Virus record (IMG/VR): IMGVR_UViG_3300006125_000005
Span: 15,910-79,909 of that record
Source: a virus
Taxonomy: Duplodnaviria > Caudoviricetes
Reading direction: 5' to 3' (one strand)
Length of the DNA: 64,000 nucleotides
Below the pieces are notes generated by a model. It made no database searches. It was given only the letters and a program-made list of their open reading frames with translations, and was not told where the DNA came from. Position numbers and translations under genes: made by a program. Shown here piece after piece: positions 1-10,105 of the stretch. Position 1 is the stretch's first letter. Each line of letters starts with the position of its first letter.

Positions 1-1
1 T

Positions 2-70
2 TTTGAACTTAGCTACGTTTTTGATCCCGCCGACGAATCAGCTGGTATTCTTGCTAAAATGAGGACTTGA
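2..70 (+). CDS. C-terminal fragment of capsid maturation (prohead) protease, truncated by window edge
   Basis: Reads FELSYVFDPADESAGILAKMRT*; E-L-S-x-V-x-x-P-A-D is the catalytic-Ser motif of HK97-type prohead proteases; directly upstream of the scaffold and capsid genes. Confidence 0.6.
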   Translation, partial: FELSYVFDPADESAGILAKMRT

Positions 71-71
71 A

Positions 72-2807
72 ATGCCAATTCTTAAAGTCTCTGCAGAGCT
101 TCTAAAGTTTGCAGAAGAGAAAATAAGAATTCCGGCAGATGTTGATACCACACAGGATATGGGCCCATGTCCCCAATGTGGTACAACTTATGATGGACAA
201 GCTTGTGAGAGTTGTGGTTATGTGAGTGAAAAGACTCAGATGGCCGAAGATATTTACATGCAACAAGAAGATCAAAAGAAGGCTTTACAAGAGAAAAATT
301 CTGCAAAGAAACAACAAGAGGATAAGTGCCCCAATTGCACCGTTGGTTGGTGTGAGTCTTGTGGTAGGACTACAACAGCCCCGGAGCTAATGCATCCAAA
401 TGATCAGAATAAAGACAACGTTATAGGGCGTAACCCAAAGCTAAAGGTAATCCCCTGGGAAAAGAACAAAAAGAATCCTAATAGGGATACAGGTAAGAAT
501 CCAAAGAAATCTTCCGTTGATAGTTTAGGCAAAGACAACTTAGCCGAAGTAGAAGACGATCAGCTTACCGGGGTTGAGAATAACATTATTCACAATCCAG
601 AAGTAGTAGAAGACAAAAGACAACCGACAGGAGCTAGAATGAGTCGATTTGACGATGAGCTTAGAAGAGAGGCAGCTGTACCCGGAGTACAGTATGACCA
701 AACTTCTAACATGAACTTGGATGGACCCTTTGGTCTGTCCTCCCAAGCCCCAACCCCAGAGATGGACATGTGGAAAGATGTTTATCCAGAGCGTTGGTTA
801 GATGTTACAAATCTTGATGCACCCGACATTCAGGGTGGTCCTGGAAGCAATGAGGTACATGCAGAAATGTCTCCTTGGCAACAACAACCCATCGCCGGTC
901 CTCAAGTAGCTGGTACTCCTGCTAGCTTTGAGCAACCTGGTTGGTTACCTTACAATACAGCTAAAAGAGCTTCTGCTGTTTCCTGTGACGCCTGTGGTGA
1001 CTATGCTGACACCTACAAAGTTGCTGGTTACGGTGAAGTAATCAACCTTTGTGCTCCTTGTGGCGATGAGCAAATTAAGTTTGCTAAGGGTAAGGGTACA
1101 CCACTTCGTAGTTCAAATTGTACTACAGAAGGCTGCACCAACACTCCAACCCGTAGAGTTGACGGTGCACCCATGTGTACAGATTGCAGAAAGAAAAAGC
1201 TTGGTTCTGTAAAGACAGCTGTTCCAGAAAACATTAACGGTTCCCCACTTTCCGGTGGTAAGCCATTCAACATGAACCAAGGTTGGGCCCCTGGAACGTT
1301 CCCAGTTGACCGATTTGGTACTGACTACGATGAGCATGGTCGTGAAGTAGAAGTAGACCCAATTGAGCATGCTAAAGCCTTCAAAGAGGCTCACCCAGCT
1401 GGTGGTATCTTTGCCCCATATCCAAGTGAAAGAAAGGGTGATGACCAGGGTCAGTACTTTGGAAGAATCACCGGTCACGACTATGACCCATCCAACCTTC
1501 CAGCAGGTTATGCTTATCCTCACCAAATTGCTGAAGGTTCGGCTCACCCAGATTCCATCCCATTTGTTGACTCAGACACAGGAGAGAATCTTCCTTCTTC
1601 CCCATCTGTAGTCACAACTCAATACAGTGACAGAACAAAGCGTAAGTGGCACGGTATTCAATACCACCACGACGGTGGTGAAGTTGTTACTCCTGAGACT
1701 CACGGTCCAGGTAACCACGAATACGCTCAAAACTTTGTAGAGTCTATGGAAGCATTACATGGGCCTACTCCTCCAGAGGCATCTAGTCGTGGACGTGCAA
1801 AGGGCATTTCATTTGGTAAGCCTACCCCAGCAGATGGTGCAGGTGGTGCTCGTACACGTCCAAATATTAGAGGATCTGCTGTAGTATACGATGGTGTTGA
1901 AGAATCTCTTTACAAAGCCTACGAAGCCTCAAGAAACCTCCGTACAGAGCTTGAAGCTAATGGCGATGGTGACTTTAGTACCTTAAGAGACCGTCTTGCT
2001 TCTGTAATTATCAATTACAGCACTAACCTCCGTACGTCTTCTAGGCACGAAATTGAGACAGCAAAGGCCTTAGTTAAGTTTGCTGCTGATCTCGAAGAGT
2101 ACTTTGACAACTCCCTGGACACCCGTACAGCTAGCAATAGCTTAATCCAACTTGAGGAAAGCCTTTCGAGTATTTCCAAGATTGGTACTAATGGTAACCA
2201 AGAGACCAGTCGTACAACGGACGTAAGAGACCTTGACGACCAGGCCGGTATTTTTGACCGTCAGTACGTAATGCAACCTGATGCAATGACTCAGGTTACA
2301 GTTCCTAACTTACAGCCTAACCAGCTTCAGTTAGCTGACGTTCCAGACTACTACAACGATGGCGGAGAGACCGGTTATGGTCTTGCTTATAATTACCACC
2401 GTGAGCCATGGCCAAATGACCCCACCAACCCTGCTTTGCAAGGTTACATGGGTCTTGAGTACCAAACCCAAGGTACTACTGGTTCCGTAAATGTTGCAGC
2501 TGCTGTACAGGCTGCTAAAGAAAGAGTATTAGAGTCGATTGAGTTAGTAGATCGACTTGAGCGTTTGGGTATGGTCAACTCGGAAGACAAGGCCATGCAC
2601 ATTGCAAAGTTTGAGCAAATGTCTGCTGAAAAGCTCGCTGGTTACAAGGAGAACGTAGACATGCTCGAAAAATCTGGGGCCCGTCAACCCCGGGTAGCAA
2701 AGGTGGCCTCCGGTAACAATCGGATGCCAGAGATGGGCCGTATGACAACAGCCAGTTCAGTAACACGTCAGGACATCATCGCTGATGACTTCCTGATGAC
2801 CCTCTAG
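72..2807 (+). CDS. Large scaffold / head assembly protein with several CxxC Zn-ribbons
   Basis: 911 aa; multiple CxxC pairs; low-complexity middle; helical C-terminus; lies between protease and capsid genes. Confidence 0.5.
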   Translation: MPILKVSAELLKFAEEKIRIPADVDTTQDMGPCPQCGTTYDGQACESCGYVSEKTQMAEDIYMQQEDQKKALQEKNSAKKQQEDKCPNCTVGWCESCGRTTTAPELMHPNDQNKDNVIGRNPKLKVIPWEKNKKNPNRDTGKNPKKSSVDSLGKDNLAEVEDDQLTGVENNIIHNPEVVEDKRQPTGARMSRFDDELRREAAVPGVQYDQTSNMNLDGPFGLSSQAPTPEMDMWKDVYPERWLDVTNLDAPDIQGGPGSNEVHAEMSPWQQQPIAGPQVAGTPASFEQPGWLPYNTAKRASAVSCDACGDYADTYKVAGYGEVINLCAPCGDEQIKFAKGKGTPLRSSNCTTEGCTNTPTRRVDGAPMCTDCRKKKLGSVKTAVPENINGSPLSGGKPFNMNQGWAPGTFPVDRFGTDYDEHGREVEVDPIEHAKAFKEAHPAGGIFAPYPSERKGDDQGQYFGRITGHDYDPSNLPAGYAYPHQIAEGSAHPDSIPFVDSDTGENLPSSPSVVTTQYSDRTKRKWHGIQYHHDGGEVVTPETHGPGNHEYAQNFVESMEALHGPTPPEASSRGRAKGISFGKPTPADGAGGARTRPNIRGSAVVYDGVEESLYKAYEASRNLRTELEANGDGDFSTLRDRLASVIINYSTNLRTSSRHEIETAKALVKFAADLEEYFDNSLDTRTASNSLIQLEESLSSISKIGTNGNQETSRTTDVRDLDDQAGIFDRQYVMQPDAMTQVTVPNLQPNQLQLADVPDYYNDGGETGYGLAYNYHREPWPNDPTNPALQGYMGLEYQTQGTTGSVNVAAAVQAAKERVLESIELVDRLERLGMVNSEDKAMHIAKFEQMSAEKLAGYKENVDMLEKSGARQPRVAKVASGNNRMPEMGRMTTASSVTRQDIIADDFLMTL

Positions 2808-2834
2808 TAACCCAATATATAAGGAGAAACAAAC

Positions 2835-3365
2835 ATGTTACAGCTTAATAGCGTAGCTAACGTTGGGGTACACCGTACGTGCTCCCCATTGTATGAGAAG
2901 TATGAGGCCACCCCATACAACACCTTCCTGGACCCAGCCGAGACCTCTAACATTTACAGTGGTTTTATAATGGCCAGAAGTGGTCCTGACACCGTTGCTC
3001 TGCTCGGTGGGCCTGTTGTTACCTCGTCTGGTGCTCGTCCATTTGGTCTTTCGGCTCTTGACCGTAATGCCAACATTGACGATGTTACCCAGGTCGGCGT
3101 AAATGCTTGGGCCGTATGGCTTGGTGGGCACAATGCCTTCTTTACCCTTACAGCTCCTGCTTTTGACACAACTCAGGCTTATGTTGTTCCTACGGACGGT
3201 AGCCGTGCTTACTTGTTCGCCAGTAACACCGTACCTGGTCAGTTGACTTCAGCTATCCAAACCGGTGGTTGGGCAGAAGTTCCAGTTGCTGAGCTCATTG
3301 ACGTACTTGGGCCAACACAAATTGTTATCCGGTTCGTCGACAACGTTTCCAACGGCAGCTTCTAA
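2835..3365 (+). CDS. Capsid decoration / minor capsid protein
   Basis: 176 aa; strong RBS (aaggag); immediately upstream of major capsid; codon usage similar to the capsid gene. Confidence 0.55.
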   Translation: MLQLNSVANVGVHRTCSPLYEKYEATPYNTFLDPAETSNIYSGFIMARSGPDTVALLGGPVVTSSGARPFGLSALDRNANIDDVTQVGVNAWAVWLGGHNAFFTLTAPAFDTTQAYVVPTDGSRAYLFASNTVPGQLTSAIQTGGWAEVPVAELIDVLGPTQIVIRFVDNVSNGSF

Positions 3366-3394
3366 TTTAGTTCTCAGGAAAGGAACATACTATA

Positions 3395-4408
3395 ATGAGT
3401 ACAATTACCCCAATGGGCGGAGTTGCAGACCACTTGCAACCACGTACCGCCAAAAAGTCGGACAGTTATGTATCCGACATTATTGAGGCTCGTGACCGTC
3501 TCAAAACCGCTACTGGTCGTGTTTCGGCCACCCGTGAGGAGAAGCAACGTCGTTTAGCTTCGATCCTTGCTGACAAGGACAACTATATGGTCCGTCTGGG
3601 CCAGGGTATGATTGGTCCTATCCAGCTTAAGCTCCGTTATCAGGGTATGACCCGTAACGTACTGCTTGAGGACCCACTGACCCCTGGTGTTCCTGTTATG
3701 TACGATGTCCTGGACGAGTACGGCCAGGCCTACATCCTGTCGGGTAACGAGGGTGAGGTTCGTGTAACCCCATTCGAAGGTAAAAAGGTTCCGGTCCGAC
3801 TGTTCCGTATTGCCACGTTCCCTCAAATCAAAAAGGAAGACCTCTGGTACCTCAGAGTCAACATCGTAGAGTATGCTCAGGACATGTCCAAGCAGGCTAT
3901 CATGATGCAGGAAGACGCCCGTCTTATCACGGTGCTCGAGGCTGCTATTAACAACTACGCTGTTGACCCTAACCACACGGTTAGTCCTAACCACGTCATC
4001 AACGAGCTTTCGGGTTACATTACCCCAGACTCAATGTACGACCTGGTTGCTCTTATTGAGGTCCACCAGTTGGAGGCCAGCCGCTTGCTGTTCAACCCAA
4101 TTGACTACCGTGACCTTTACAAGTGGGACATCAACCAGACCGGTTGGGCCTTCAAGGACCGCGTTGTAGCCGGTGAGAGAATCGTTCAGTTCGGTGGCTT
4201 CCAAGTCCAGCGTTCGATCGAGGTTCCTCAGGGTACCGTTTACATGACCCCATCGCCTGAGTTCTTAGGTGTATTCCCAGTCATGTACTCCCTAGACGTC
4301 GAGGAGAACCACACTCCTGAGAAGTTCCACAAGGGTTGGGTCATGGACGAGCTCGTTTCCGAGATTGTTCTTAACCCAAGAGGCCTTGGTAAGATCGTTA
4401 AGAGCTGA
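3395..4408 (+). CDS. Major capsid protein (HK97 fold)
   Basis: 337 aa; RBS aaagga; C-ending codon bias typical of high expression; C-terminal GWVMDELVSEIVLNPRGLGKI; followed by hairpin. Confidence 0.8.
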   Translation: MSTITPMGGVADHLQPRTAKKSDSYVSDIIEARDRLKTATGRVSATREEKQRRLASILADKDNYMVRLGQGMIGPIQLKLRYQGMTRNVLLEDPLTPGVPVMYDVLDEYGQAYILSGNEGEVRVTPFEGKKVPVRLFRIATFPQIKKEDLWYLRVNIVEYAQDMSKQAIMMQEDARLITVLEAAINNYAVDPNHTVSPNHVINELSGYITPDSMYDLVALIEVHQLEASRLLFNPIDYRDLYKWDINQTGWAFKDRVVAGERIVQFGGFQVQRSIEVPQGTVYMTPSPEFLGVFPVMYSLDVEENHTPEKFHKGWVMDELVSEIVLNPRGLGKIVKS

Positions 4409-4428
4409 TCTTAACAATCGTTTTGGTG

Positions 4429-4460
4429 GAGGCCCCTGGTGTAAAAAGCCAGGGGTTCTC
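4429..4460 (+). terminator. GC-rich hairpin after capsid gene (likely intrinsic terminator)
   Basis: gaggcccctgg-tgtaaaaag-ccaggggttctc; only a weak U-tract follows. Confidence 0.55.
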
Positions 4461-4564
4461 TGCTATTGTAACATGTAATTAATGCATCATAGCAATATAA
4501 GTATCAAGAAGTACTCCCTTAACGTGAGGAACAAAATTTGTTCCCTAGAAACTAGGAGACCATC

Positions 4565-5170
4565 ATGGCTAGAACAGTATCAAGAGCAGGCGAAAACGGT
4601 GAATCAACTCCGTTAAATGTACCATCATTTGACGGAGAGATTGTAGAACATAAGGCAGACCCAGTAGACCTTTCCGCTGCTAAGGTCTTTGTTCCACCAA
4701 GTACCAAAGGGTTACAAGACATCACTCCAGATGCATGGATTGAGAACTTAATGAGTTCCCCAACAAACTTTAGTAGCCCAAAGGGTTTATCATTTAAGCT
4801 TAAGCCAAATGGTATTCATGGTTCGATTCAACAGCTTGACGAGAGCTTAAGAAGAGATCCATTTGTTCTTAGAGCTGTTCAAAGAGGAAAGATCAAGTTC
4901 CTTTCCGAAGAAGAGGCTTATGAAAGAATTAATGAACTTGAAGACGAAAAGAACGAGACGGGAAGTCACCTTGACCACCTGATGGAATCATTAGGTGTAG
5001 ACGCTTCTAGTAACAATGGTATGTACAAGCCAGGTGTCCCTGAAGAGGGAGAACCAAATGGTCCAAGTCAAACCCCCCAACAAATTTGGGCTCAATCACA
5101 AAATAAGCCAGAGAGCCCCAAGAATTTCCGAGCCCACGTGGGTCAGGGAGAAACAGAATTCATCCTCTAA
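4565..5170 (+). CDS. Hypothetical protein (head module)
   Basis: 201 aa ORF with aggag RBS. Confidence 0.6.
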   Translation: MARTVSRAGENGESTPLNVPSFDGEIVEHKADPVDLSAAKVFVPPSTKGLQDITPDAWIENLMSSPTNFSSPKGLSFKLKPNGIHGSIQQLDESLRRDPFVLRAVQRGKIKFLSEEEAYERINELEDEKNETGSHLDHLMESLGVDASSNNGMYKPGVPEEGEPNGPSQTPQQIWAQSQNKPESPKNFRAHVGQGETEFIL

Positions 5171-5187
5171 ACTAAAGGAGAAAGAAG

Positions 5188-5544
5188 TTGAGCGAGGAAA
5201 CAGCTAACGCTGAAACCGAAAATGTAGTAGAGCCAGAGGCCCCAGTAGAGGCTGTTTCTGAGCTCCCTTCTAAGAAGACTAAGGCTGCCAAGGCCGAAGC
5301 CCCAGCCCCAGCTCCAGTAGAAGAAGTTGCTGTTGCTGCAGAGCCTGTTGGTATTGTTACACCTAATACCGCCATTGAGAACCTTACGTATGCTAATACG
5401 AACTTCTTTTACCCATTCTTAAGACAAGTTTATAACCCAATTGGCTTTAACCCCAATCCCCCGGGTGGTCCTTGGGCAGCCGTCAATAACGGTGGGCTTG
5501 TTTTCCAAAATGGTCAGTACAACACCACACAGAGAGGTTTCTAA
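5188..5544 (+). CDS. Hypothetical protein, Glu/Ala/Pro-rich N-terminus
   Basis: TTG start with aaggag RBS; 118 aa. Confidence 0.55.
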   Translation: MSEETANAETENVVEPEAPVEAVSELPSKKTKAAKAEAPAPAPVEEVAVAAEPVGIVTPNTAIENLTYANTNFFYPFLRQVYNPIGFNPNPPGGPWAAVNNGGLVFQNGQYNTTQRGF

Positions 5545-5546
5545 TA

Positions 5547-6464
5547 ATGGTTAGTGTTAATTACGAACAGACAGCCAAGCAGGTTGTAAGAGGAAATACC
5601 AGACCAGGTGCTAACTCTTATTGGACCAACGTTGACAAAGTTGTAAACGCTGGTTATACAAGCTGGAGCCTTTACAGACTGGTTGTCAACTCCATCGATG
5701 TTAACCACATTAACATTGAGTCTGACTGGAATAGTATAGTTGTAGATTCTGATGCTATCCAAACTGGTGCTACTGTAAAGACATTGCAAAATGCTATGCT
5801 TGCAGCTTTACCAACGGGTGTTTATGCTGAAGTAGTTGGAAGCCCTTCTTCTTACCTTGAGCACACTTCAACGGACATTATCTTTACAACTGACGCCCCC
5901 AACATTGATACCTACCCTTGGTACGTATCGTCATGTGTTAATGGTGCTCCAGATGTAGTTAATGGTGACACCCTTACGTTCTCAGGTTATGGTTATGTTA
6001 ATGGTGCTCCTAAGGTTGGTGACTTTATTTCGTCTGCTACCTTTAACCAGACGTTCTTTGAGCCTAACCTTCCCAAAGTAGTTTCGGTTACTAGTGGTAC
6101 CAACTTAGTTGTTACCATCACCAGTGGTTTTGGTGGTAATTTTGCTGTAGGTTCTGGAACGTTCTTTAGTGGTGCTGCTCTTGTTAACGTTAACTTGGCT
6201 GAAATCAGTGAATCAACTCCTTACCCTAACTACGTTGGTAGTCCTTATGCAAAACCAACTTGGGTTGATGATGCTACAGTTCACGCCTACCAAGTAATTG
6301 GTGGTCCTGGTGGTTCGATTGAGACCCCACTTGTAAACCAATATCAAGTCCGTCAGATTGGTACTAACGTACAGGAGACTCAGATCCAAGATGGTTACTT
6401 TGCTCAATACCAAAGTAACTTGGACCAAACTAAGCAAAGAAACACTAAGAATCAGCAGTGCTAG
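5547..6464 (+). CDS. Putative virion structural protein
   Basis: 305 aa, beta-rich V/T/S/G composition, in structural operon. Confidence 0.5.
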   Translation: MVSVNYEQTAKQVVRGNTRPGANSYWTNVDKVVNAGYTSWSLYRLVVNSIDVNHINIESDWNSIVVDSDAIQTGATVKTLQNAMLAALPTGVYAEVVGSPSSYLEHTSTDIIFTTDAPNIDTYPWYVSSCVNGAPDVVNGDTLTFSGYGYVNGAPKVGDFISSATFNQTFFEPNLPKVVSVTSGTNLVVTITSGFGGNFAVGSGTFFSGAALVNVNLAEISESTPYPNYVGSPYAKPTWVDDATVHAYQVIGGPGGSIETPLVNQYQVRQIGTNVQETQIQDGYFAQYQSNLDQTKQRNTKNQQC

Positions 6465-6467
6465 TAA

Positions 6468-6605
6468 ATGGACGAGGTTGCTTCCAGTAGGAAAATAACC
6501 GTCCATGCTGTAATTGTTAGAGAAGACGGTTCAAGAGAGTACTTAGGTAATCTCTTGGACCCTTCTCCATCTAAGGAAGAGTATGACAGGCCTAATAACG
6601 ACTAA
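6468..6605 (+). CDS. Small protein missing from ORF track (45 aa)
   Basis: MDEVASSRKITVHAVIVREDGSREYLGNLLDPSPSKEEYDRPNND*; fills the gap and overlaps the next start. Confidence 0.45.
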   Translation: MDEVASSRKITVHAVIVREDGSREYLGNLLDPSPSKEEYDRPNND

Positions 6606-7164
6606 TGGAAATTTCATCAATGCAGAGTTATCGGCTTATGCTGTGCCCACTTACCTTGGAGTAGGATGTGGGAGTGGAACAACTTCTGTAACTGATGTAG
6701 CCCTCTTTAATGAAGTAGAAGCTAATGGTTACTCTAGACCACAATTTAATGTAAACGCCTCTGGGTCAACTGCCTATTTTACAGCTACATTTACTTCACC
6801 TGGTAGTTATGATATGACTAATATTGGGTTAATCTATTTTGATGCAAATACACAAACCCAAGGGTATTTAACTAGTGAAATTTCTAGTACTAGTCAAAGT
6901 TATATAGAAGTTTCTGGTTCTCCATACTTTACAACTGGAGACAACATACAGGTAGTAACAGAAGTAATGACTATAGCTAGTGGAGATCAATATGGTCTTT
7001 ATGTACTAAGAGGGCAAAATGGATCGTTACCATTAGCTCAATGTGCAGCTAACACAGCTGTAACTCAAGCAGAACCAGGATTATTTGCTAAAGTTGATTT
7101 CCCCGAAGTTCCAATTGCTCTTAATGATATGATCGAGTTTACTATAGAGGTAGAGTACCAATAA
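6583..7164 (+). CDS. Virion / fibre-associated protein
   Basis: YLGVGCGSGTTSVTDVALFNE resembles tail-collar N-terminal motifs; VLRGQNGS domain. Confidence 0.5.
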   Translation: MTGLITTNGNFINAELSAYAVPTYLGVGCGSGTTSVTDVALFNEVEANGYSRPQFNVNASGSTAYFTATFTSPGSYDMTNIGLIYFDANTQTQGYLTSEISSTSQSYIEVSGSPYFTTGDNIQVVTEVMTIASGDQYGLYVLRGQNGSLPLAQCAANTAVTQAEPGLFAKVDFPEVPIALNDMIEFTIEVEYQ

Positions 7165-9218
7165 TGTCAAGAACCCCTTATTCACTTAATTCTTATGTTG
7201 GTGGAGCTAATAATGGTTTCCTGACAACTATTATATCTAGCCTATCAGAAAATTTCTACATTTTAGGTAATCATACTTGGAATGGTTTAGGTTCTACAGC
7301 TGGTTTTTGGGCAGCTTTAGATTACGGTAATCCAGAAGAAGAAAAGATTTATATTCCTCAGGGTGATTATGATTGGGCAAGTGGTGCTGTATATGTTACT
7401 GGGGTTACGAGAGGTGCTGATGGAACGACAGCTAGAAGCCATACAGCAAATGCTATAGTTGTCCCTGTACTTACAGCCACAGATTTAGCTGAAGCAAATA
7501 CGGTAGTCAATCAAACTATTGGCAGTGTTACAACTAGTGGAACGGTATTATCAACGGATGGGACTAACTTACTTTGGGCCAACCCAAGTGAGGGAATAGT
7601 TGTATCAGTTGTAGCTGGTTCAGGTATTGTCGTAAATAGTACAGATCCAGCAAACCCAATAGTATCAGCTGGTAGTATTGTAGTAAGTACTCCAGAGGTA
7701 GTATCAACTACTATAGTATCTGGGTGGGGAGAAAATGGTGGAGTACCCATTACCCTATCTACGGTACCAGCTTCTGGTAACCTCTTAGTATCTATCTTAT
7801 CAATTGCTGGTCAAGGTGGTGGTGGTGTTCCAACAATTAATTGGGCTCCAGCTAGTGGAAGTACTTTAATTTCTCAAGTATCTGGTCCCAATGCTAATAA
7901 TAATCCTAACTATATCGGTTATTCATACACCCCTGTTACTAGTGGCACAGCATCGTTTGACCCAGGTACAGTTAATGTCGCAGTATCATCTGGGCAGCAA
8001 AATGGTTCTAACTTAATTGTATACGAGATTACTAACGTCGATACTAACGACCCAGTAGATACGTATACTTTTGAGACTAATAATACTGGATACCCCACGT
8101 CTGGTTTTACTACAGCCCCATTAACACCTACACTAGTAAATGAGTTGCTTATTGGTACGGGTTCTTTTCTCGGTAACGGGGGAACAATAGTAGTTGGCTC
8201 TGGGGCTGACCCAACACCAATTGGATTAGACACCGTTGTTCACGGGCTCAATGGTAGTGGTTCTTACTACATAACAGCAACTGGTACAGTTTCTGTACAC
8301 GTAGAAGTAACAGATACTCCACCTTATAATCCAGAAAATGCTGGTGCTGCTGAAGCTGCTGTCCTCTTTAAAGGAACCCAGCAGTTTGTCCCAGGTGGAG
8401 CACAGGGTCCACAAGGTGTCCCAGGTAATGGTTACACAGCTACATCTAATACATCTATTACGATGTCGTATGACCCACAAACGTTTGTCATTAACGAAAC
8501 TAATATTGCTTACCAACCAAGTGACTATGTTTACGTAAGTTGGACAGGTGACCCTTATAATGTTTACTTTGGTGGATATATTACAGACGTATCTTCTGGT
8601 ACTATTACAATAGCTCCAAATTACTATTACGATGGAGATTCATCTGATCCCTACAGCTCATGGAGCTTTTCTTTTGGTGGTGGTGGAGTACAAGGTGCAC
8701 AAGGTTTTCAAGGTCCACAGGGAGCACAAGGGTCAACTGGACCAGGAGTTGTAGGGGATTCAAGATTAAATCTTGCGATGTTGACTCCAAATACTCCCTT
8801 ACCCCAAGGGACTTGGATTATAGTCGGGCAAGATACAGCACATTGGACCTTACAAAATGATAATTCATCAGCTGGAAGTGATATTTCACTCAATGCAGAT
8901 GGTAAAACTATTAATATCAACACAACTGGAACCTATATGGTGCGTTTAGCGTTCCAATACACTTCATACCATGGGTCTAGCCAGGTAAGATTTGCTACTG
9001 GTGCATCAGCTGTAGGTGGAAACTTCCCAGGTTGGTTGTCTGGAGACCCAGACCCACTTACTATTGCAGTTGCTCAAGATATCAACGGTGACTACATTGG
9101 TGATTACATTTGGCGAATTGCTGCAGGTGGGTCGTTTACTATCGCACTTGGTACATGGGGGAACACTTCAAACGAATCTCTTGATGGTGTAGAGATGGAT
9201 ATTGTGAGAATAGCATGA
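7164..9218 (+). CDS. Fibre / receptor-binding-like virion protein with short collagen segments
   Basis: 684 aa; N-terminal VTRGADGT domain; GAQGPQGVPG and GVQGAQGFQGPQG collagen triplets; beta-rich C-terminal domain. Confidence 0.6.
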   Translation: MSRTPYSLNSYVGGANNGFLTTIISSLSENFYILGNHTWNGLGSTAGFWAALDYGNPEEEKIYIPQGDYDWASGAVYVTGVTRGADGTTARSHTANAIVVPVLTATDLAEANTVVNQTIGSVTTSGTVLSTDGTNLLWANPSEGIVVSVVAGSGIVVNSTDPANPIVSAGSIVVSTPEVVSTTIVSGWGENGGVPITLSTVPASGNLLVSILSIAGQGGGGVPTINWAPASGSTLISQVSGPNANNNPNYIGYSYTPVTSGTASFDPGTVNVAVSSGQQNGSNLIVYEITNVDTNDPVDTYTFETNNTGYPTSGFTTAPLTPTLVNELLIGTGSFLGNGGTIVVGSGADPTPIGLDTVVHGLNGSGSYYITATGTVSVHVEVTDTPPYNPENAGAAEAAVLFKGTQQFVPGGAQGPQGVPGNGYTATSNTSITMSYDPQTFVINETNIAYQPSDYVYVSWTGDPYNVYFGGYITDVSSGTITIAPNYYYDGDSSDPYSSWSFSFGGGGVQGAQGFQGPQGAQGSTGPGVVGDSRLNLAMLTPNTPLPQGTWIIVGQDTAHWTLQNDNSSAGSDISLNADGKTININTTGTYMVRLAFQYTSYHGSSQVRFATGASAVGGNFPGWLSGDPDPLTIAVAQDINGDYIGDYIWRIAAGGSFTIALGTWGNTSNESLDGVEMDIVRIA

Positions 9219-9400
9219 AACAAATTAGTTCACTATTCTTTAATGGTGGAGCTTTTTATCCACCAACACCAGTTACTCTTTCTGGTATGCAGTTTAATGT
9301 TACCGCTACAGCTCAAGTTTCAGAAATTGCACAACCCACCTATACTACCCACGGTCAAGAAGTTGTAAGTGACCCCACAGAATGGGTAGAACCCACCTAA
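9215..9400 (+). CDS. Small hypothetical protein
   Basis: 61 aa; ATGA overlap with upstream gene. Confidence 0.45.
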   Translation: MKQISSLFFNGGAFYPPTPVTLSGMQFNVTATAQVSEIAQPTYTTHGQEVVSDPTEWVEPT

Positions 9401-9560
9401 TCCCTTAAACGAGACCCCAGTACAATTAGTTCTCTTTAAAGTATCTATAGTATTGGGTATAATTTATCCCCATAAGTTAGTAACTTAGGAGATACAATTC
9501 GTTAATGTACTAGAAGCTGTAAGACATATTATAAGTTGAAGGGTTATTAAGGAGATTATA

Positions 9561-10097
9561 ATGGCAACAGCTATAGATGGACGTCCAGCAGCGGTAGAGT
9601 GGGCTAAGTGGTTTGTTACTGATAACAAAACTAGCCACCACAAGTATAATTATACTGAGGGTGCTCAGCGAATGCAAGAAGAAAACATTTGGCCTTTAAC
9701 CTGGCCATTTGAGGCAGATTGCTCTGCTTTTGTAACTGATTGCTATGCTCTTGCTGGTATGCATGACCCCAATGGTCAACGTTATAACCACACAGGGTAT
9801 ACTGGAACCTTACTTGCAACTGGTAAGCACATTGACATTGCTCAGGTTAAGCCTGGAGATGTTGTTATCTATGGTGCTGGTACTGGCGATCATGCTGCTA
9901 TTATTGTAGAGGTACACGGTAAAGATATCCTTACGGTAAGTCATGGTCAACAAGGTGACCCTAGCTTTGTATGGGTTAATCATCCAATTGCTGTGCCTAC
10001 TCGTGGTTATGGCTATGATGGTAGACAACCACAAACGTTCCTTACTTTTGACCCAACAGTTGTAAGAACTCAACATCACCCCACCGAGATTAAGTAG
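9561..10097 (+). CDS. NlpC/P60-family peptidoglycan peptidase (possible endolysin)
   Basis: DCSAFV (catalytic Cys), GYTGT, PGDVVIYG, DHAAI (His); aaggag RBS. Confidence 0.75.
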   Translation: MATAIDGRPAAVEWAKWFVTDNKTSHHKYNYTEGAQRMQEENIWPLTWPFEADCSAFVTDCYALAGMHDPNGQRYNHTGYTGTLLATGKHIDIAQVKPGDVVIYGAGTGDHAAIIVEVHGKDILTVSHGQQGDPSFVWVNHPIAVPTRGYGYDGRQPQTFLTFDPTVVRTQHHPTEIK

Positions 10098-10105
10098 GAC
10101 CTAAA

